From positions 5,394,001 to 5,458,000 of the forward strand of contig OX597834.1 in the NCBI GenBank assembly GCA_951406725.2: a DNA stretch of 64,000 nt, given 5' to 3'. Numbering within the stretch: the stretch's first letter is position 1; each line of letters opens with the position of its first letter. Origin of the DNA: Octopus vulgaris. Taxonomy: Eukaryota. Both the position numbers and the translations under genes were made by a program. Shown one piece after another: positions 39,791-53,333 of the stretch. The notes below the pieces were generated by a model. It was not told the origin of the DNA and searched no databases. It saw nothing but the letters and a program-made list of their open reading frames with translations.

Positions 39791-39929
39791 GTTTTATGAC
39801 ATTTAAAAATCACATGTGCCTTACGAAATGCTCGATAGAAATCACAAATCTTCTGACCTGATTTTAATTCAATGGCTTCAACCAAAAAAATGATACAAGA
39901 ATTGGTATACAAAATCTATTTGTTATATT

Positions 39930-40152
39930 GGTTTCAAATTTGGCACATGACCAGCTATTTTTTTGTGGGGCGGGGGGAGAAGAGGCTAAGTTGATTACAT
40001 TGACGCCATTGCTCAAATGGCACATATTTCATTGACCCCAAAAGAATAAAAGGCAAAGTCGACCTCGGTGGAATTTGAATTCCATAAAGATGGATAAAAT
40101 GCTACTAAGCATTTTGCCTTGATTGTTAATTATTCTGTCAGCTCACAGCCTT
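39930..40152 (-). mobile_element. SINE family C (degenerate)
   Basis: AAAGGCAAAGTCGACCTCGGTGGAATTTGAA core. Confidence 0.7.
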
Positions 40153-40689
40153 AAATGTCCATTTGTAATATTGATAGGTGATCAGTTTGCCAGACAAACG
40201 GATAGATAGTAACATTACTGGTCTCAGTGGTATATGTTTAGACTACAGGCCGAATTTAAAGATGCCAAAGTTACTGGTCAGTGACCTAAGTGATAGACAA
40301 CCAGGCTCCTAGTCAAATAAGCTGATGTTAAAGTTATTGATAAAATCAATTGATCATCAATCTGTTGATTAGACTGTTCGATAGTGAGGTCACTGTCTCA
40401 AATGAGAAATGATAACATTACTGGTCAGTCTACTGTAAAAATTGATAGATGGTCGGTATACTGGTTACATTGATAATTGGCTACTAATTGTGAGAGGTTA
40501 CTAATCAAATTGATTAGAGTTCAGTCTATTGACTAAATTTATTGATGAGGTGACTGCGTCACAGATGGTGGCTATACGAGGCAAATTGAGAGCTGCTCAG
40601 TCTATTTGTCATACGGTTTAGCCAAATGATAGGGAGCGAGATTCCTGGTCAGCTTGACAAATGGTCAAGTTATATTTTATCCCCTATCT

Positions 40690-41430
40690 TTTAACTTTTT
40701 ACTTGTTTCCGTCATTTGGCCACGGCCATGCTGGGGCACCATCTTGAAGAGTTTTAGCTGAAGGAATCAACTCCAAAACATATTTTTCTAAAGCCTGGTG
40801 TCAAGAGTGGTGGCGGTGGACATATGCACACAAACGCGCGCGCACACACGCACACATACACACACATGAGACAGGCTTCTTTCCGTTTCTGTCTACCAAA
40901 TCCACACATAAGCTTTTGATTGGCTAAGGTTAGAAAAGAAGTCACTTGCCCAAGTTACTACATAGTGAGACTTGTGGAGGCGCAATGGCCCAGTGGTTAG
41001 GGCAGCGGACTCGCGGTCATAGGATCGCGGTTTCGATTCCCAGACCGGGCGTTGTGAGTGTTTATTGAGCGAAAACACCTATAGCTCCACGAGGCTCCGG
41101 CAGGGGATGGTGGTGATCCCTGCTGTACTCTTTCACAACAACTTTCTCTCACTCTTACTTCCTGTTTCTGTTGTACCTGTATTTCAAAGGGCCGGCCTTG
41201 TCACTTCCTTTGTCACGCTGAATATCCCCGAGAACTACGTTAAGGGTACACGTGTCTGTGGAGTGCTCAGCCACTTACACGTTAATTTCACGAGCAGGCT
41301 GTTCCGTTGATTCGGATCAAAAGGAACCCTCGTCGTCGTAACCGACGGAGTGCTTCCATCCACATAGTGAGACTGAACCTAGAACCATGTTGTTGAGAGG
41401 TAAAATCATCACAGAGCTGTGCCTGCACTC
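40690..41430 (-). mobile_element. Old SINE family A interrupted by SINE B
   Basis: Family A tail and body at 40690-40972; head at 41362-41430. Confidence 0.75.
40973..41361 (+). mobile_element. SINE family B, full length, tail type 1, 13-bp TSD
   Basis: TSD ACATAGTGAGACT at 40960-40972 and 41362-41374; tRNA-like head with a TCG anticodon-like loop. Confidence 0.92.
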
Positions 41431-42135
41431 ATAATGGTGAAGTTACTGGACAGACTGAAAAAGCCGTCAGCCTGTGGTCCACGAAGACCCGATTACAAAA
41501 ACATCCTTTCCTAAGCCATTTGCAAGTATGCCTGCTTCTAATTGGTGCACTAAGTTTAACTAAACAATAAGTGTTTTTCAGGACATTCAATAATTACTGT
41601 AGATCGTAATTCAGATCTTTTGAATAGCAAAAATGACACTTAACAATATTCTTCTCCAGAGGAAACAATATTTTATTAATTATGCAGCCAGAAAAGAAAA
41701 CAGTCAATAAATTATCAGTTCTATATTACAGGTTTATAGAAGAGATGTTTTTTCCACTTACGCAGGCAAAGAACAAATATGTTGTTTCTATGTTTGTGTC
41801 AATTTGTGAGTTTATTCATGGGAATATATATTTCTTCACTGTTGCAGCCAAAAGAACAAAACTGCGAATCACATATTTGTGCCATGTCTTGTGGTCTAGT
41901 TGTACTCTTCTGTACAAGGTATTGAGGTTAAATTTGACAATTTGCATAAAAGGTGAATAATGCACAATATCCCATCCAAAAATAAAATATTAAAAAAATT
42001 CAAAAATAAATGACGGCTGAGAGGATAATAGTTTATTCAAAGTAGCTGCTCTCAGCTTCCACCATGGCATGAAGACAGCTCTGGAACATGGTACATGCAT
42101 TCCTCGCTGTGTTCATGTGAAGATCTTTGAATACC

Positions 42136-42362
42136 TATTTCTTTACTACCCACAAGGGCTACGCACAGAGGAGACAAACAAGGAGAGACAAATGGATTGA
42201 GTCGATTATATCGACCCCAGTGCGTAACTGGTACTTAATTTATCGACCCCGGAAGGATGAAAGGCAAAGTCGACCTCGGCGAAATTTGAACTCAGAACGT
42301 AGCGGCAGATGAAATACGGTTACGCATTTCGTCCAGCGTGCTAACGTTTCTGCCAGCTCGCC
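42136..42362 (-). mobile_element. SINE family C, tail 1, 14-bp TSD
   Basis: TSD GATCTTTGAATACC at 42122-42135 and 42363-42376. Confidence 0.9.
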
Positions 42363-42479
42363 GATCTTTGAATACCGCCTTGATGTATGTCATCAGTTCA
42401 GCCTTGGTATTGAATGAAGGGGGATTAGTCTTTCTCAGTTGTGCTTCTTACATAGTAATCCATAGAATTCTTAAAGTTA

Positions 42480-42722
42480 CCTTCTCAAGTCATACCAACT
42501 CATAAGGGCTGGTTTCCCAGTTTCATGGCATTTATATTCCCCACCTTAAGAGGATGCCAGTCCGTTGCAGGATTACTAATTTTTACCATCTGTGTGGACT
42601 GGAGCAACATGAAATGAAGTATCTTGCTGAAGAACACAATGCATTGTCTGGTCCAAGAATCGAAACTGCAATCCTACGATCATGAATCCGACATTCAAAC
42701 CACTAAGCCACATGACTCCACT
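42480..42722 (-). mobile_element. tRNA-derived SINE with CORE-like body and B-type tail 3
   Basis: Head GTGGAGTCATGTGGCTTAGTGG..GTTTCGATTC; body GTGTTCTTCAGCAAGATACTTCATTTCATGTTGCTCCAGTCCAC; tail like 36619-36720. Confidence 0.7.
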
Positions 42723-44421
42723 ATTCACAGAATTACATTTGAGGGAATTGGGAGTCCTGAAATAAGGGCTGGTGAAGTTGAAGAAATTCTCTGACAACCA
42801 CTTTCTGACTCATTCTGGAGGTATGGCAAGGAAACAAATCCTGCTGCCACACATATATGACCTTCAAGCTGGAACCTTCTCCAGCCAGGGCTTAACCAGT
42901 CTCCAGCATTTGCATTATGTCTTAGGCCCTGTTCTGTATTTGTTGGACGAATTCTAGCATGTAGACACAGTCAGAACACCTGCCGCATCTGTTCCATCTG
43001 GCCACAGCTGCCTTACAGCTTTTACATGGTTCTCAGAGCATTGAATAGCAGTCATGACGTCAGCATTTTGATGCCCAGCACAAATCATCATGATACAGGT
43101 AAATGTTTTTCCAATATTCAGGTAGCTTAAGGCAGCAAGCTGGTAGAATCGTCAGTACAAGAAGCAAAATATTTGGCATCATTTCAACTGTCTTTATGTT
43201 CTGAATCAAGTTTCGCTGGGGTCAACATTGCTTTTCATCCTTTCAGGGTCAATAAAATAAATACCAGTTGGGCACTGAGGTCAATGTAATCGACTTACCC
43301 CGCGCCAACCAAGCTGGCTTTGTGCCAAAACTTGCAATCAAAAATTCAGATAACTTCCAGCGCTCTGTGTCAGCTAACTTTCTCTTACAGCTACAACTTC
43401 AATCTTTATGCTCTCCAACGCCACCGACTGTTCATCAATACATCAAACCGTTTCTGAAAAAAACAAAGACGAGACATAAAAGTTGTCAAATTTAATCCAA
43501 ACACTCTCTATGTCTTCTATGTTGATTAGCATCTGCTACTCGTGATAATGAACTTTCCATAGATTTTAATGTCTTTACGCCACTAATCTTCATTTGAATT
43601 CAGTCTGTATCCTCATTTAAATACAATGTTTATGCTACGCACATCTCTGACATTTATGAATCTCCCATATTTACTGCATACGTCTTCCTTGCAAACATCA
43701 TCTACAGACTTTTATTCTACAGAAATTTCTGACAGAGAGAAACTATGTGTAAAGAAGAATAATAGTTTGCTAACTGTAAGAGCAAAAGGTCATTCTTTAA
43801 TGTCTAAAAATATCTACCACATCCACTTCCTCCAAAATCATCAGCACAATAATGGAATCCTTATTTGGTTGGAAAATATGGTTTCTGAAACTGTTGCTTC
43901 ATATCGGATTCCCCTGCCCCCTCCTTATTTTATTGGCATATTCTGTTATCTAAATCTCTATCAACAATGTTCATGACTTGTTGGAGAGATGATACATAAG
44001 CAAGATTATAGGTCAAACTTGTCTGTTTCTACTTCATTTATAACTAATTCTCTTTATTCCAAGAACTTTTCTATAGCTCCACTCAACCAAACTGTGCATA
44101 TACCACAACTAACCCTTTCAGAGAGCAACACCCTCTACAGGCTAGTGAAGGAGCCCATATGTGCTCATTTAGCATGCTAGAAATATCAGCCTACTCTCGT
44201 TCAAATAACAAGCTACCATCATAAAAAAATATAGTTCATTTGATAATATGTCAGACAGTCTTAGATGCAATATACATGATAATATGATGTGATGACCTCA
44301 GCTAGTATCTCTATGACCACAGGTTTTCTCAGTGAAGGCTTATTTTGGGTTAATTGACAGTTACCAAAAGATATTGTTTCATAGTTTGTTGTTTCAATTT
44401 CTCTGTTATTTATGCTTTCTG

Positions 44422-44606
44422 TAGGCACAGACATGACTGTGTGGGTAAGAAACTCACATTACAACCACATGTCTATGGTTTCAATCCCATCCCACTGCAC
44501 AGTACCTTGAGCAAGTCACTTCTTCTCTAGCCCTGGCCGACCAAAGGTTTGTGAGTGGATTTCATAGACAGAAACTGTGCGGCAGCTTGTCACATAGATG
44601 TGTGAG

Positions 44607-44650
<44 letters not shown>

Positions 44651-44875
44651 TGTGTGTGTGTGTGTGTCCCTCCTGGCTGCCACTGTTTCACAGCAGCCAG
44701 GGTTGGTTTGCCGTAACTTTGCGGCTTGTCAAAAGAAACTAATAAAATACATATCTGAATACCAGACTTCAAAAACAAAAGTAAGGTATTTGATTCGATT
44801 TATCTAACTAAACCTTTCAAGATGATGCTCCAGTATGGCCTCAGTCCAATGACTGAAAGAAGTGAAGGACAAAAA
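44422..44875 (+). mobile_element. SINE family A (degenerate)
   Basis: Recognisable head, internal (TG)n and tail. Confidence 0.75.
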
Positions 44876-45603
44876 GCCAAATCATAAAAGATCTGCCTAG
44901 AGCCATCACCATCTAAAAAAAATTATTTATTTGCTTATTCATTTTAATACAGCAAGCCATTATGATTAAAAAAAGGCTTCATTGATTGCTGCTCTAATAT
45001 ATGACACTACGAAGATGAACAAGGTGGAAGGTCATATCACTTAGATTCTTGTGAGCCTGATTAATTCCTTTGAGTTAAACTTTCATGTCTAATGAAATCA
45101 TTAGAGTAATGTCATGTTTAATGATGAGAATTCTCCATCACTTTGATATTTGTATCTACTGAACAGCCAAGAATATTGGTTGAATGTTACTTTCAGGGCA
45201 ATAAATGTGTAGAAATGGAACTCCTTATATTAGACATAAGAAGGAAAAGAAAATTTTTGTTTTCGCTTCCAAAGTTCTATCTGAAATAAAATTTCTCTTC
45301 TTTTTCTAATTTTATTTTTCACATGAATATTTTAAAAAGTTCCAACTTTAATAACATTTTCAACATCCAAAATTAGGAAGAAAAAAAAAAAAAAAGGAAA
45401 AAAAAAAAACAACATAAAATAAAAGAGTAAAAAACCACTTTACTCTGATAAATTACAAGTAAATGAGTTTTCGGGACTTTTGCCAAAAATATTTTAAAGA
45501 AGTTAAATATTGACAGAGAAATAATAAAAAAAAGAATTCCATGGAATTATTACTTTTGGTTAACTTTTAAGAACTTTCTAACCTCAGCAGATGCTCGCAC
45601 ACA

Positions 45604-45650
<47 letters not shown>

Positions 45651-45727
45651 ACACAAATTCCGTACATTATGAAGTCCAGATGAAAAAAAAGAGAACTACT
45701 TTGGTTAATATATATTTTATCTATTAA

Positions 45728-46049
45728 CCCTTTAGCCTTTAGACTGGCCATAGGCAATATACTGTTAAAATATTCTACCAGCTTTGCATTCACATTGGCC
45801 TGATCTGGCCTCTTACCCCTGCACTTCAATGCCATTCTCAAAATAACCAATTACGTCATTAGAATCTTAAAGCTGTAAGACAGTGCATAATTAAATCTAA
45901 ATAATGGGTTCATATTTTGTCCCATGACCAGTAAGTTTGGAAGAGAGGTTAAGTCGATTACAAGGGTCACAATGTCCAACGGAAAGTAATTCAAAATAAG
46001 GTAAATATATAAGTATTACATTTCGCAGAGGATTCAGAATGCTAAGTGG
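45728..46049. mobile_element. piggyBac-like MITE
   Basis: TTAA|CCCTTTAGC ... GCTAAGTGG|TTAA; homologous to 23584-24235. Confidence 0.65.
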
Positions 46050-46263
46050 TTAAAAGAGATTGTTAGTACAAGTACAGCATGGTTGCATTAGAAACGCATT
46101 CCCTTCTCAGTTCAGTACAATTGTATGAGGCATTCTGCATCTGATTTCTGTCTCAGGGATGAGTTGGCCAACACGTTGCCAATAAAACAATGAAATTTCA
46201 TGAAAATTTGATGAGAACTTGCTCTCTCTCTCCCTTGCTCTCTCTCTTTCCCCCTCTCCCGCC

Positions 46264-46335
<72 letters not shown>

Positions 46336-46567
46336 AGGCGGCGAGCTGGCAGAAACGTTAGCACGCCGGACGAAATGCGTAGCTTTATTTCGTCTGCCGT
46401 TACATTCTGGGTTCAAATTCCGCCGAGGTCGACTTTGCCTTTCATCCTTTCGAGGTCGATAAATTAAGTACCAGTTACGCACTGGGGGTCGATGTAGTCG
46501 ACTTAATCCGTTTGTCTGTCCTTGTTTGTCCCCTCTATGTTTAGCCCCTTGTGGGTAGTAAAGAAAC
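46336..46567 (+). mobile_element. SINE family C, tail 1
   Basis: Near-identical to 32435 and 42136. Confidence 0.9.
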
Positions 46568-46769
46568 ATATATATATATATATATGTGTGTGTGAGTGTG
46601 TAGAAATGAAAGAAGGCCAGTCAACCAATTTATTGGCAGTTGCCGAAGAACACAATTCACAGCCTGGTGCAAGAATTGAACTCACAACTTCACAACTGTA
46701 AGCCCGATGCCCTAACTACTGAGCCATATACATGTGTGTGTGTATGTGCGTGTGTGTGTGTGTGTGTTA

Positions 46770-47022
46770 ATGACGGTCCATGGCTTAGTGGTCAGTAAGG
46801 TTGTGATTTCAGAAACCGGGGGTGAATTGTTGTCTTTGTGCAAGACTCCTTTATTTCCTGTTGCTCCAGTTCGATCAGCTGGCAAAAGTGAGTTGTACCA
46901 GTAATTCACGGGGCCAACCTTGTCACACTCTGTGTCATGCTTATTCTCCTCGAGAACTACGTTAATATCACGTGCAGGCTGTTGTGTTGAATGCTTGACA
47001 TCATAACCGTTGGAGTACCAGT
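46770..47022 (+). mobile_element. Degenerate SINE with CORE-like body and B-type tail 1
   Basis: Body GTTGCTCCAGTTCGATCAGCTGGCAAAA; tail GGGCCAACCTTGTCAC...GAGAACTACGTTAA like 41190-41350. Confidence 0.65.
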
Positions 47023-47171
47023 TGTGTGTGTGTGTGTGTGTGTGTGTATGAGAGAGAGAAAGATAGAGTGAGAAAGAGAGAGAAAGAAAGAATGAGACAG
47101 AGAGAGAGAAAGAAAGTGAGAGAAAGAAAGTGAGAGAAAGAAAGGAAGAGAAAGAAAGAACCAAAGAAAGC

Positions 47172-47202
<31 letters not shown>

Positions 47203-47227
47203 GGAGAAATAAATAAATAAATAAATA

Positions 47228-47259
<32 letters not shown>

Positions 47260-47707
47260 GAGAAAGAGAGAAATTATGATACAAGTTTATATCAATTGTT
47301 CTTGTATATGTTTTGCCATTGTGGTTGCTTGGAAAGCTTACATTAGATGTTCTAAGTGTTATATGATGTTTAACAATAACGGATCATCAGGGGAACAGTT
47401 TATTGCATTAAGTTGTAGGGAACTAAATTTGGATAAATGGCATTTTATAATTTGGAGAGGGAATTAGAAAGAAAGCAAAAAGCAAAAAGACGAAAGACAA
47501 GAATGGTTGTCTAATTCAGTTTTTCCTTCTTACATTCATTCATTCTTTCTTCCTTTGCTCCTTTCTTGCTTGCTTTCTTTTCCCTTCCTATTTTCGTTCT
47601 TCCCTTTTCTGTCTTTTTCTTTTTTCTTTCTTTCTTCTTTCTTTCTTTCTCTCTTTTCTCTTCCTGCAGTCTAATGACTGAAACAAGTAAATAATAAAGA
47701 ATAAAGA

Positions 47708-47741
<34 letters not shown>

Positions 47742-47918
47742 TCATCATCATCATCATCATTATCGATTAACGTCCGCTTTCCATGCTAGCATGGGTTGGA
47801 CGATTTGACTGAGGGCTGGCGAACAAGATGGCTGCACAAGGCTGTTGCGTACAGGGGTTGACCTAATCGACTGTCCCCCTCTCCCAAAATTTCGGGCCTT
47901 GTGCCTAGAATTGAAAAG

Positions 47919-47959
<41 letters not shown>

Positions 47960-47960
<1 letters not shown>

Positions 47961-48900
47961 GCTGTTGTTGTTGCTGTTGTTCTTCTTATTATTATTTCCT
48001 TTTTTTTTCGTATTCATTCCTTGCACAGCAATATTTTATTCGTGTTTGTTTTCTCGTTTCATTTTCAACATCTCTTTCATCATTCCTAATGCACCTACTC
48101 TAACGAGGATTATTTCTGTTTTTCAATCCACACATTTTTGGTCGTCTTGTTTCTAGATATTTATGATGGATATTTTGTTCAGTTCGTTTAAAGATATATA
48201 TTTTTGTCTGTTGAAAGTAATACATTGATTAGCAGATATAATTTTTTTTTTCCTGATGGTCTTTGAATATAATATCTGAGTGATTTACCTTAATCTTTGT
48301 CTGCCTGTCTGAATTGACGCTTCAGACAGTATGGTCAGTGTCATTCTCTGAAAGCTTTTGTTCTCTGATTGTGTGTACCACCTCTCTTTTCTCTTGTTAT
48401 TCTATAATATTGGAATCTATTCCAGTAGAACCTCCAACTCACTCATTCCTGCGTATATATTTCCTTTTGATTAAGACGAAGCAGTCAGAAAGAAATTGAT
48501 TGATTGTTTCTTCACAACCTCCACATGTTCTGCAGTTAGTTTATATTCTGTTGCCTGATAAATTTTTGGTAGTTTCTGTGAAGAAACATTTGTTCTTTTA
48601 CTGCAATAAAAGCCCTCTATACATTCTTTATCAGTTTTCATTTTGTTGTTATCTATCATTGGCCATGTACAAGCTTTCTCACAACATTTTTACCATAATA
48701 TTTTATAGTTCCATTTGTAATTTACTATATCATTTCTATTATTGTTTCTCTGTCTACAATTGTTTGTTACACGAATCTCCATTTATACACATCCGTTGCT
48801 CTTCCTGTTTTGTAACTAGTATACTTTATAGTAACTTTGCTTTATTTTCTACTATTTTTGTACTTCTAGCGTAGTTATTGCATAAAGTGTTCGAGTAACA
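47960..48900 (-). mobile_element. Degraded R4/Dong-like retrotransposon ending at (TAA)n
   Basis: Zinc knuckle NCRTCGGCEETINQFLSDC (~48475-48537); NHSDIIFKD and VRVGALGM endonuclease motifs; 3' end abuts (ATT)n at 47920-47960. Confidence 0.7.
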
Positions 48901-49109
48901 GAAAATCCTTTCCTACATTTGTTTGTATTTAATATTATCTTTCAGTAACAGCTTTTCAGTATAAATGCAACATCGTTTTCCTTGTTGACTTATCTTGTCA
49001 TTCTAATTGACTTAACTTATAGTTAAGAATATTATAAGCTGTTAGTGGAATTACTGGTCTATTGTTACACCATTATCATATTTGACATTTAGCAATTTTA
49101 AGCATCAAT

Positions 49110-50400
49110 CTAATGCTGTTATTCCCAAACTTTTTTCAGACTGCCACCCACTTGGCACCCAGACCCTCTTCCTGGCGCTCCACTCAAACTTCCACACACA
49201 CTACCACAAATATAGCCCTTATTCTACTGCAAATCCAAAGCAACTGTATTTTACAAACAAAATTTATTCAACCGATTATTTTGCTCTTTTTACAGTATGA
49301 AAGAGTAAATTTACATCTCACCTGTAATGACGTTGTTATCATATTTCTAATGCAGTGGATGTACATTGTGCACGGATATCAGCTTCCCAACATCAGTGAG
49401 GAAGGTACTGAGAAGTGGTCTTAGATCCTTGCATTCAGTAATTTGCAGTCTACATCTTTACTTAGAAAGAAGCTTGGAAACTGCACTGAAGCCCCGCTCT
49501 ATAAATATGATGTTGGAGAGGCAATGAAGTTCATCTTGACTTTGCTCCATTGTGCAGACTAGCAGCCAGAAATGTCCTTTAAACAATCAAATATGTAGAC
49601 ATGATTTTTTGAACTTTGGTCTCGGCTCAACATCGTTTTAAAGTGAAATAGTTCTTCCTTTACTATTCTTGCTTCCTCATTAGTGATATCTAGGAATCCC
49701 CTAGACTGATATTTTAATCAAAAATATCCTGAAATCTGTCAGGCATATCTTTGTTCAGCCCATCTAGGTGTGAACAATACACTTGAATGTCATCTTCCGG
49801 GATGTGCTTTTCCTTCACTAATTCAGGGAAGCTCAGAAACTGGAAGAACTGACATCAGCTTATGGTACATTTGAATAACTTCAACTTGGACAGAGATGTG
49901 GAGAGGACTGATTTTACTTTGATAATGTTCAGCATAATTGCCTTGCGGTTGCGAATTAACTTCATTGAAATTTATGAATATATTTCCCATATAAGCAATG
50001 CCATGATTGATGTTTCTTTGCTCATCACAAACACTAGAATAAGAGTCTTGCAAGAATTCAGCAACTGTTTTAAATAAGGAATAGAAACTTTCTGGTAGAT
50101 TCCTTTTAATGCCCACTGAAATTTTGTGTGCAACAACAAATGTTCAAAATCGTTACCATTCTCCGTACAGAGCTGTTGACAATGTGGGGAATAGTGAGCT
50201 TGTGCCTTGATTTTATTTACTGTTGTGATGACGGATTTCAACAATTCGTTAGATTTACCACTTAGGCTATTAGCAACCAGATGTTGCCTGTGAATTACAC
50301 AGTGTACTGTAAGCACACAAGGTATAACTTTTTCAATAAAGTGCCAACAAGAAATACTGACTTTTATTTTGTATCTGTTTTTAGTTGTCTTACAAATAGT
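49110..50400 (-). mobile_element. hAT (Charlie/Buster-like) transposase remnant
   Basis: VHCVIHRQHLVA...VITTVNKIKA...LCTENGNDFEHLLLHTKFQWALKG in ORF 49972-50436; frameshifted. Confidence 0.85.
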
Positions 50401-51092
50401 AGCTCTTGAACGAAACGTTAACTTTTGATGAAGCAAACATGAGGTAGAAACATACTTTTATTGCTTGGTAAAGGGGACTCTCCTAACTTTTAGCTAAATT
50501 TGGTTGTTATAAGTATGCGGCACATTATATCTTCAATGTCATAGTATTCCTACTTTCAAAGACTTTTAATATGCATTTCTAAAGAAAAGAAATTTTGTTC
50601 TTCCACCTCATCATATTAATATTCACGATAAAATCTGGGAAAAAGTAAAAAAAAGATAGCGGTTAGTGTTCTGAAAGCATGATGAGGGGATGGGTAGATG
50701 TTTAAAAAATGTTTTGAAATGTGGAAAATCTCAAGAAAACCTTCATGAAATTCCAATAAGACAGTTATTCTGAATGTCCAACAGGCATCAACTAAACGTT
50801 TAAAAAAATTAATAATGATAGAGTTTCTAAAGCATAGATTTGAAACATTTGTGGGAAACACCAAAAAGCAAAAAAGTTCTGGTTGGTTAACCTCCAGTTG
50901 GGATTTCGCTAGGATAATGTGTACATCTACGATACATCACCAATTCTGAAATGGAAAAAAATTATCTGCCGAGGTCGACTTTGCCTTTCATCCTTTTGAA
51001 GCTGGCCCTTATGAGTCGGCATGACTCAATAAAGCAATTTTATTTTGTCCACCTGCTTATTTACTAAGCACAAAAACAGTATTACTTGTGCT

Positions 51093-51147
51093 AAGCCCGA
51101 AGAAGGTGTCCTTGTGGACTGCATGCATTCTTACACGAAAATAGCTT
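51093..51147 (+). ncRNA. Hammerhead-like motif with CCGAAGA core
   Basis: AAGC CCGAAGA AGGTGT...ACAC GAAA ATA GCTT (stem I AAGC/GCTT, stem II GTGT/ACAC). Confidence 0.45.
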
Positions 51148-52001
51148 GATGCGATTGGTTGGTTGGCAGAGATACATCTTGGCATCGAATAGATGGTAAT
51201 AAACTCATGCCATCTGAAGCCAAGTAAAAGTGGGTTTGTAGTACTTTGTCAAAATATTTAGGACATACGTATAACCGCTACAATATTTTTTCAAGTCTTT
51301 TAGTTTAAAATGCATTCTCATCTGTGTTCCCTTGTGGCAAATAAAGAAATTCTTCTAATAATTATGATTCAGAAATATTCATTGTAGACAACAGAAGAGA
51401 GAGAGAGAGACAGAAATTAATATTTCTATTATTAACCATTTGTGGTAATCAGTATCTATTTATTACTGGAAATGCGTGATCACCCGTCTCGTGAATAGCC
51501 ACGTAACCAGAAATATTCTTAAAACTATACAAATACTTCTGAAAATTATTCAGAGTTTCTTTCACACTATAGGGAGAGGAGTTGGAGAAGGCGTGCAGAG
51601 GCTATAAAATAAAGTTTTAGTTATATAACAGCGATTAATTATTTTAACAGTACAGTCTTTCTTACATAAATGGCTATTATGCTTATTCAAAAGAAATTAT
51701 GAGATTAAGTTTCATTTTCTTTTTCAAGTTATTGAAATAATTTTTCTAAATCTGTTTTTGTTATTTTGCGTTTGTAGCAATGGGAAAATTTGCAAACACA
51801 AGCACTCATACACACATACACATATTAACAAGTATGTATGTACGTATGTATGTATGCATGCATGCATATAGAAAATAATATGACGTATCTGTATATATAT
51901 ATATACACATATATAAATACATACATAAATATATATGTATACATATATATATAAGTGTGTATATACACATAAATATATGCATAAAAATACATACATATAT
52001 A

Positions 52002-52034
<33 letters not shown>

Positions 52035-52945
52035 AACATGATATTATTTTCTAATTAAGCTAATTATATATAAAAGAAAAAGAATCCGTTAACAACTAAA
52101 CAGTTGGAAATATAACAGTCTTTTAATCCAATTGAATGTATGCATTCACATCCATGCAAGTGTATACACACATGCACACATACATACATACAGATGTGTA
52201 CATACATAATACATGCACACACATACATACATACACAGACACACGCCGCATACACATATATGTGAGATGTCTGTACATAAAAATACACGGTTGAATCCAG
52301 ACATATATGCAAAAACGAGAAAACGCGAGTAGCTGAAAATAGTGACAAGCTAGCTGCACAGCTTTCTATGTTTTGAACTTATCAATAATTCCAACGTATA
52401 ACTTGTCTGATTGTAATTTGTAAGATAATATGAAATTTTAATTAACTTTCAGCATAAATTATTAATTATGAATTCAGTGACAGGAGAATGGTGTGTTTCG
52501 AGAAATGTGCATTGCAATTTAATTATTAAATATTTAAATATTTAATTAGTAACCTATTTCCGACTCATTTCATGTCTGTCTTTTAGTTCAAACCTTATAG
52601 AATGCATTTCGTTGTGCTTCTTTTTCAATGTATTTCGAAATATAAATTCGTGTTGCTCTTTGAGTACTTGCTCAGTCCTGAGTGAATATGCACCTAAAGA
52701 TGATCTAGTTATGACTAACCTTATTTTTCTTTTTGTACATATGCCTTGTCCAGGTAATTTCTTTTCTAAGATTGTAAAGTGAGATTTAGGAAAAATGTAG
52801 CTGTTCTGCCAAGCAAGAGGATGAGGAAGCAAGTGTGTAGGGAAGTGGCTTCCAGCCTTTGCATTACCAACAACACTATTCATTAAAGTGAGTTTTCCAA
52901 CGAATTTTAATGCTTTTGAAAGACTTATGTGACGAGTAAACCAAA

Positions 52946-52991
<46 letters not shown>

Positions 52992-53333
52992 CGGAGAATG
53001 AACATACTACCATCATGTTCTTAATGATGAAATTAACCTCTCTATCTATATATCTAACCCCTTTGTAATGTTGGCAAATGAAATAAGTATAAGAATGTGC
53101 ATTTTTCGTTTAATTAAAACATTCTGTATGTGGCTGAAGATTGCTCGACATTTTAAAACTGATGTAATACTTACAGTGTTTAATAAAACGAAGTAGCATG
53201 AAATAATTATATATATATGCTTTTTATAGGCAAATAAAGAGAAAAGCTTATATATTTATATAACGGAGTAAGCACATAACTGTGAAACAAGGTGGAAAAA
53301 AGGGTACTCAAATACCAGAGGTAGAGTAATATG

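Larger units (their letters stand above)
41960..43125 (-). mobile_element. Degenerate maT/DD37D-type transposon remnant interrupted by two SINEs
   Basis: Minus-strand peptides VKPWLEKV..YVWQQD..PCHTSRMSQ, LSENFFNFTSPYFRTPNS, MDYYV, and KAVFKDL...NACTMFQSCLHAMVEAESSYFE*. Confidence 0.7.

Noticed and set aside
40977-41052. tRNA-Arg(TCG)-like gene (also 28951-29025 and 55-131)
   Set aside because: The acceptor stem does not pair, and the sequence continues into a SINE body bounded by a TSD; it is a SINE head.
51590-51620. TATA-box promoter (GCTATAAAAT)
   Set aside because: Such motifs are frequent in AT-rich DNA and no downstream gene was identified.
52554-52895. 109-aa minus-strand ORF and plus-strand donor-like AA|GTGAGT
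   Set aside because: No recognisable motif and no consistent exon structure; cannot be supported without transcript data.
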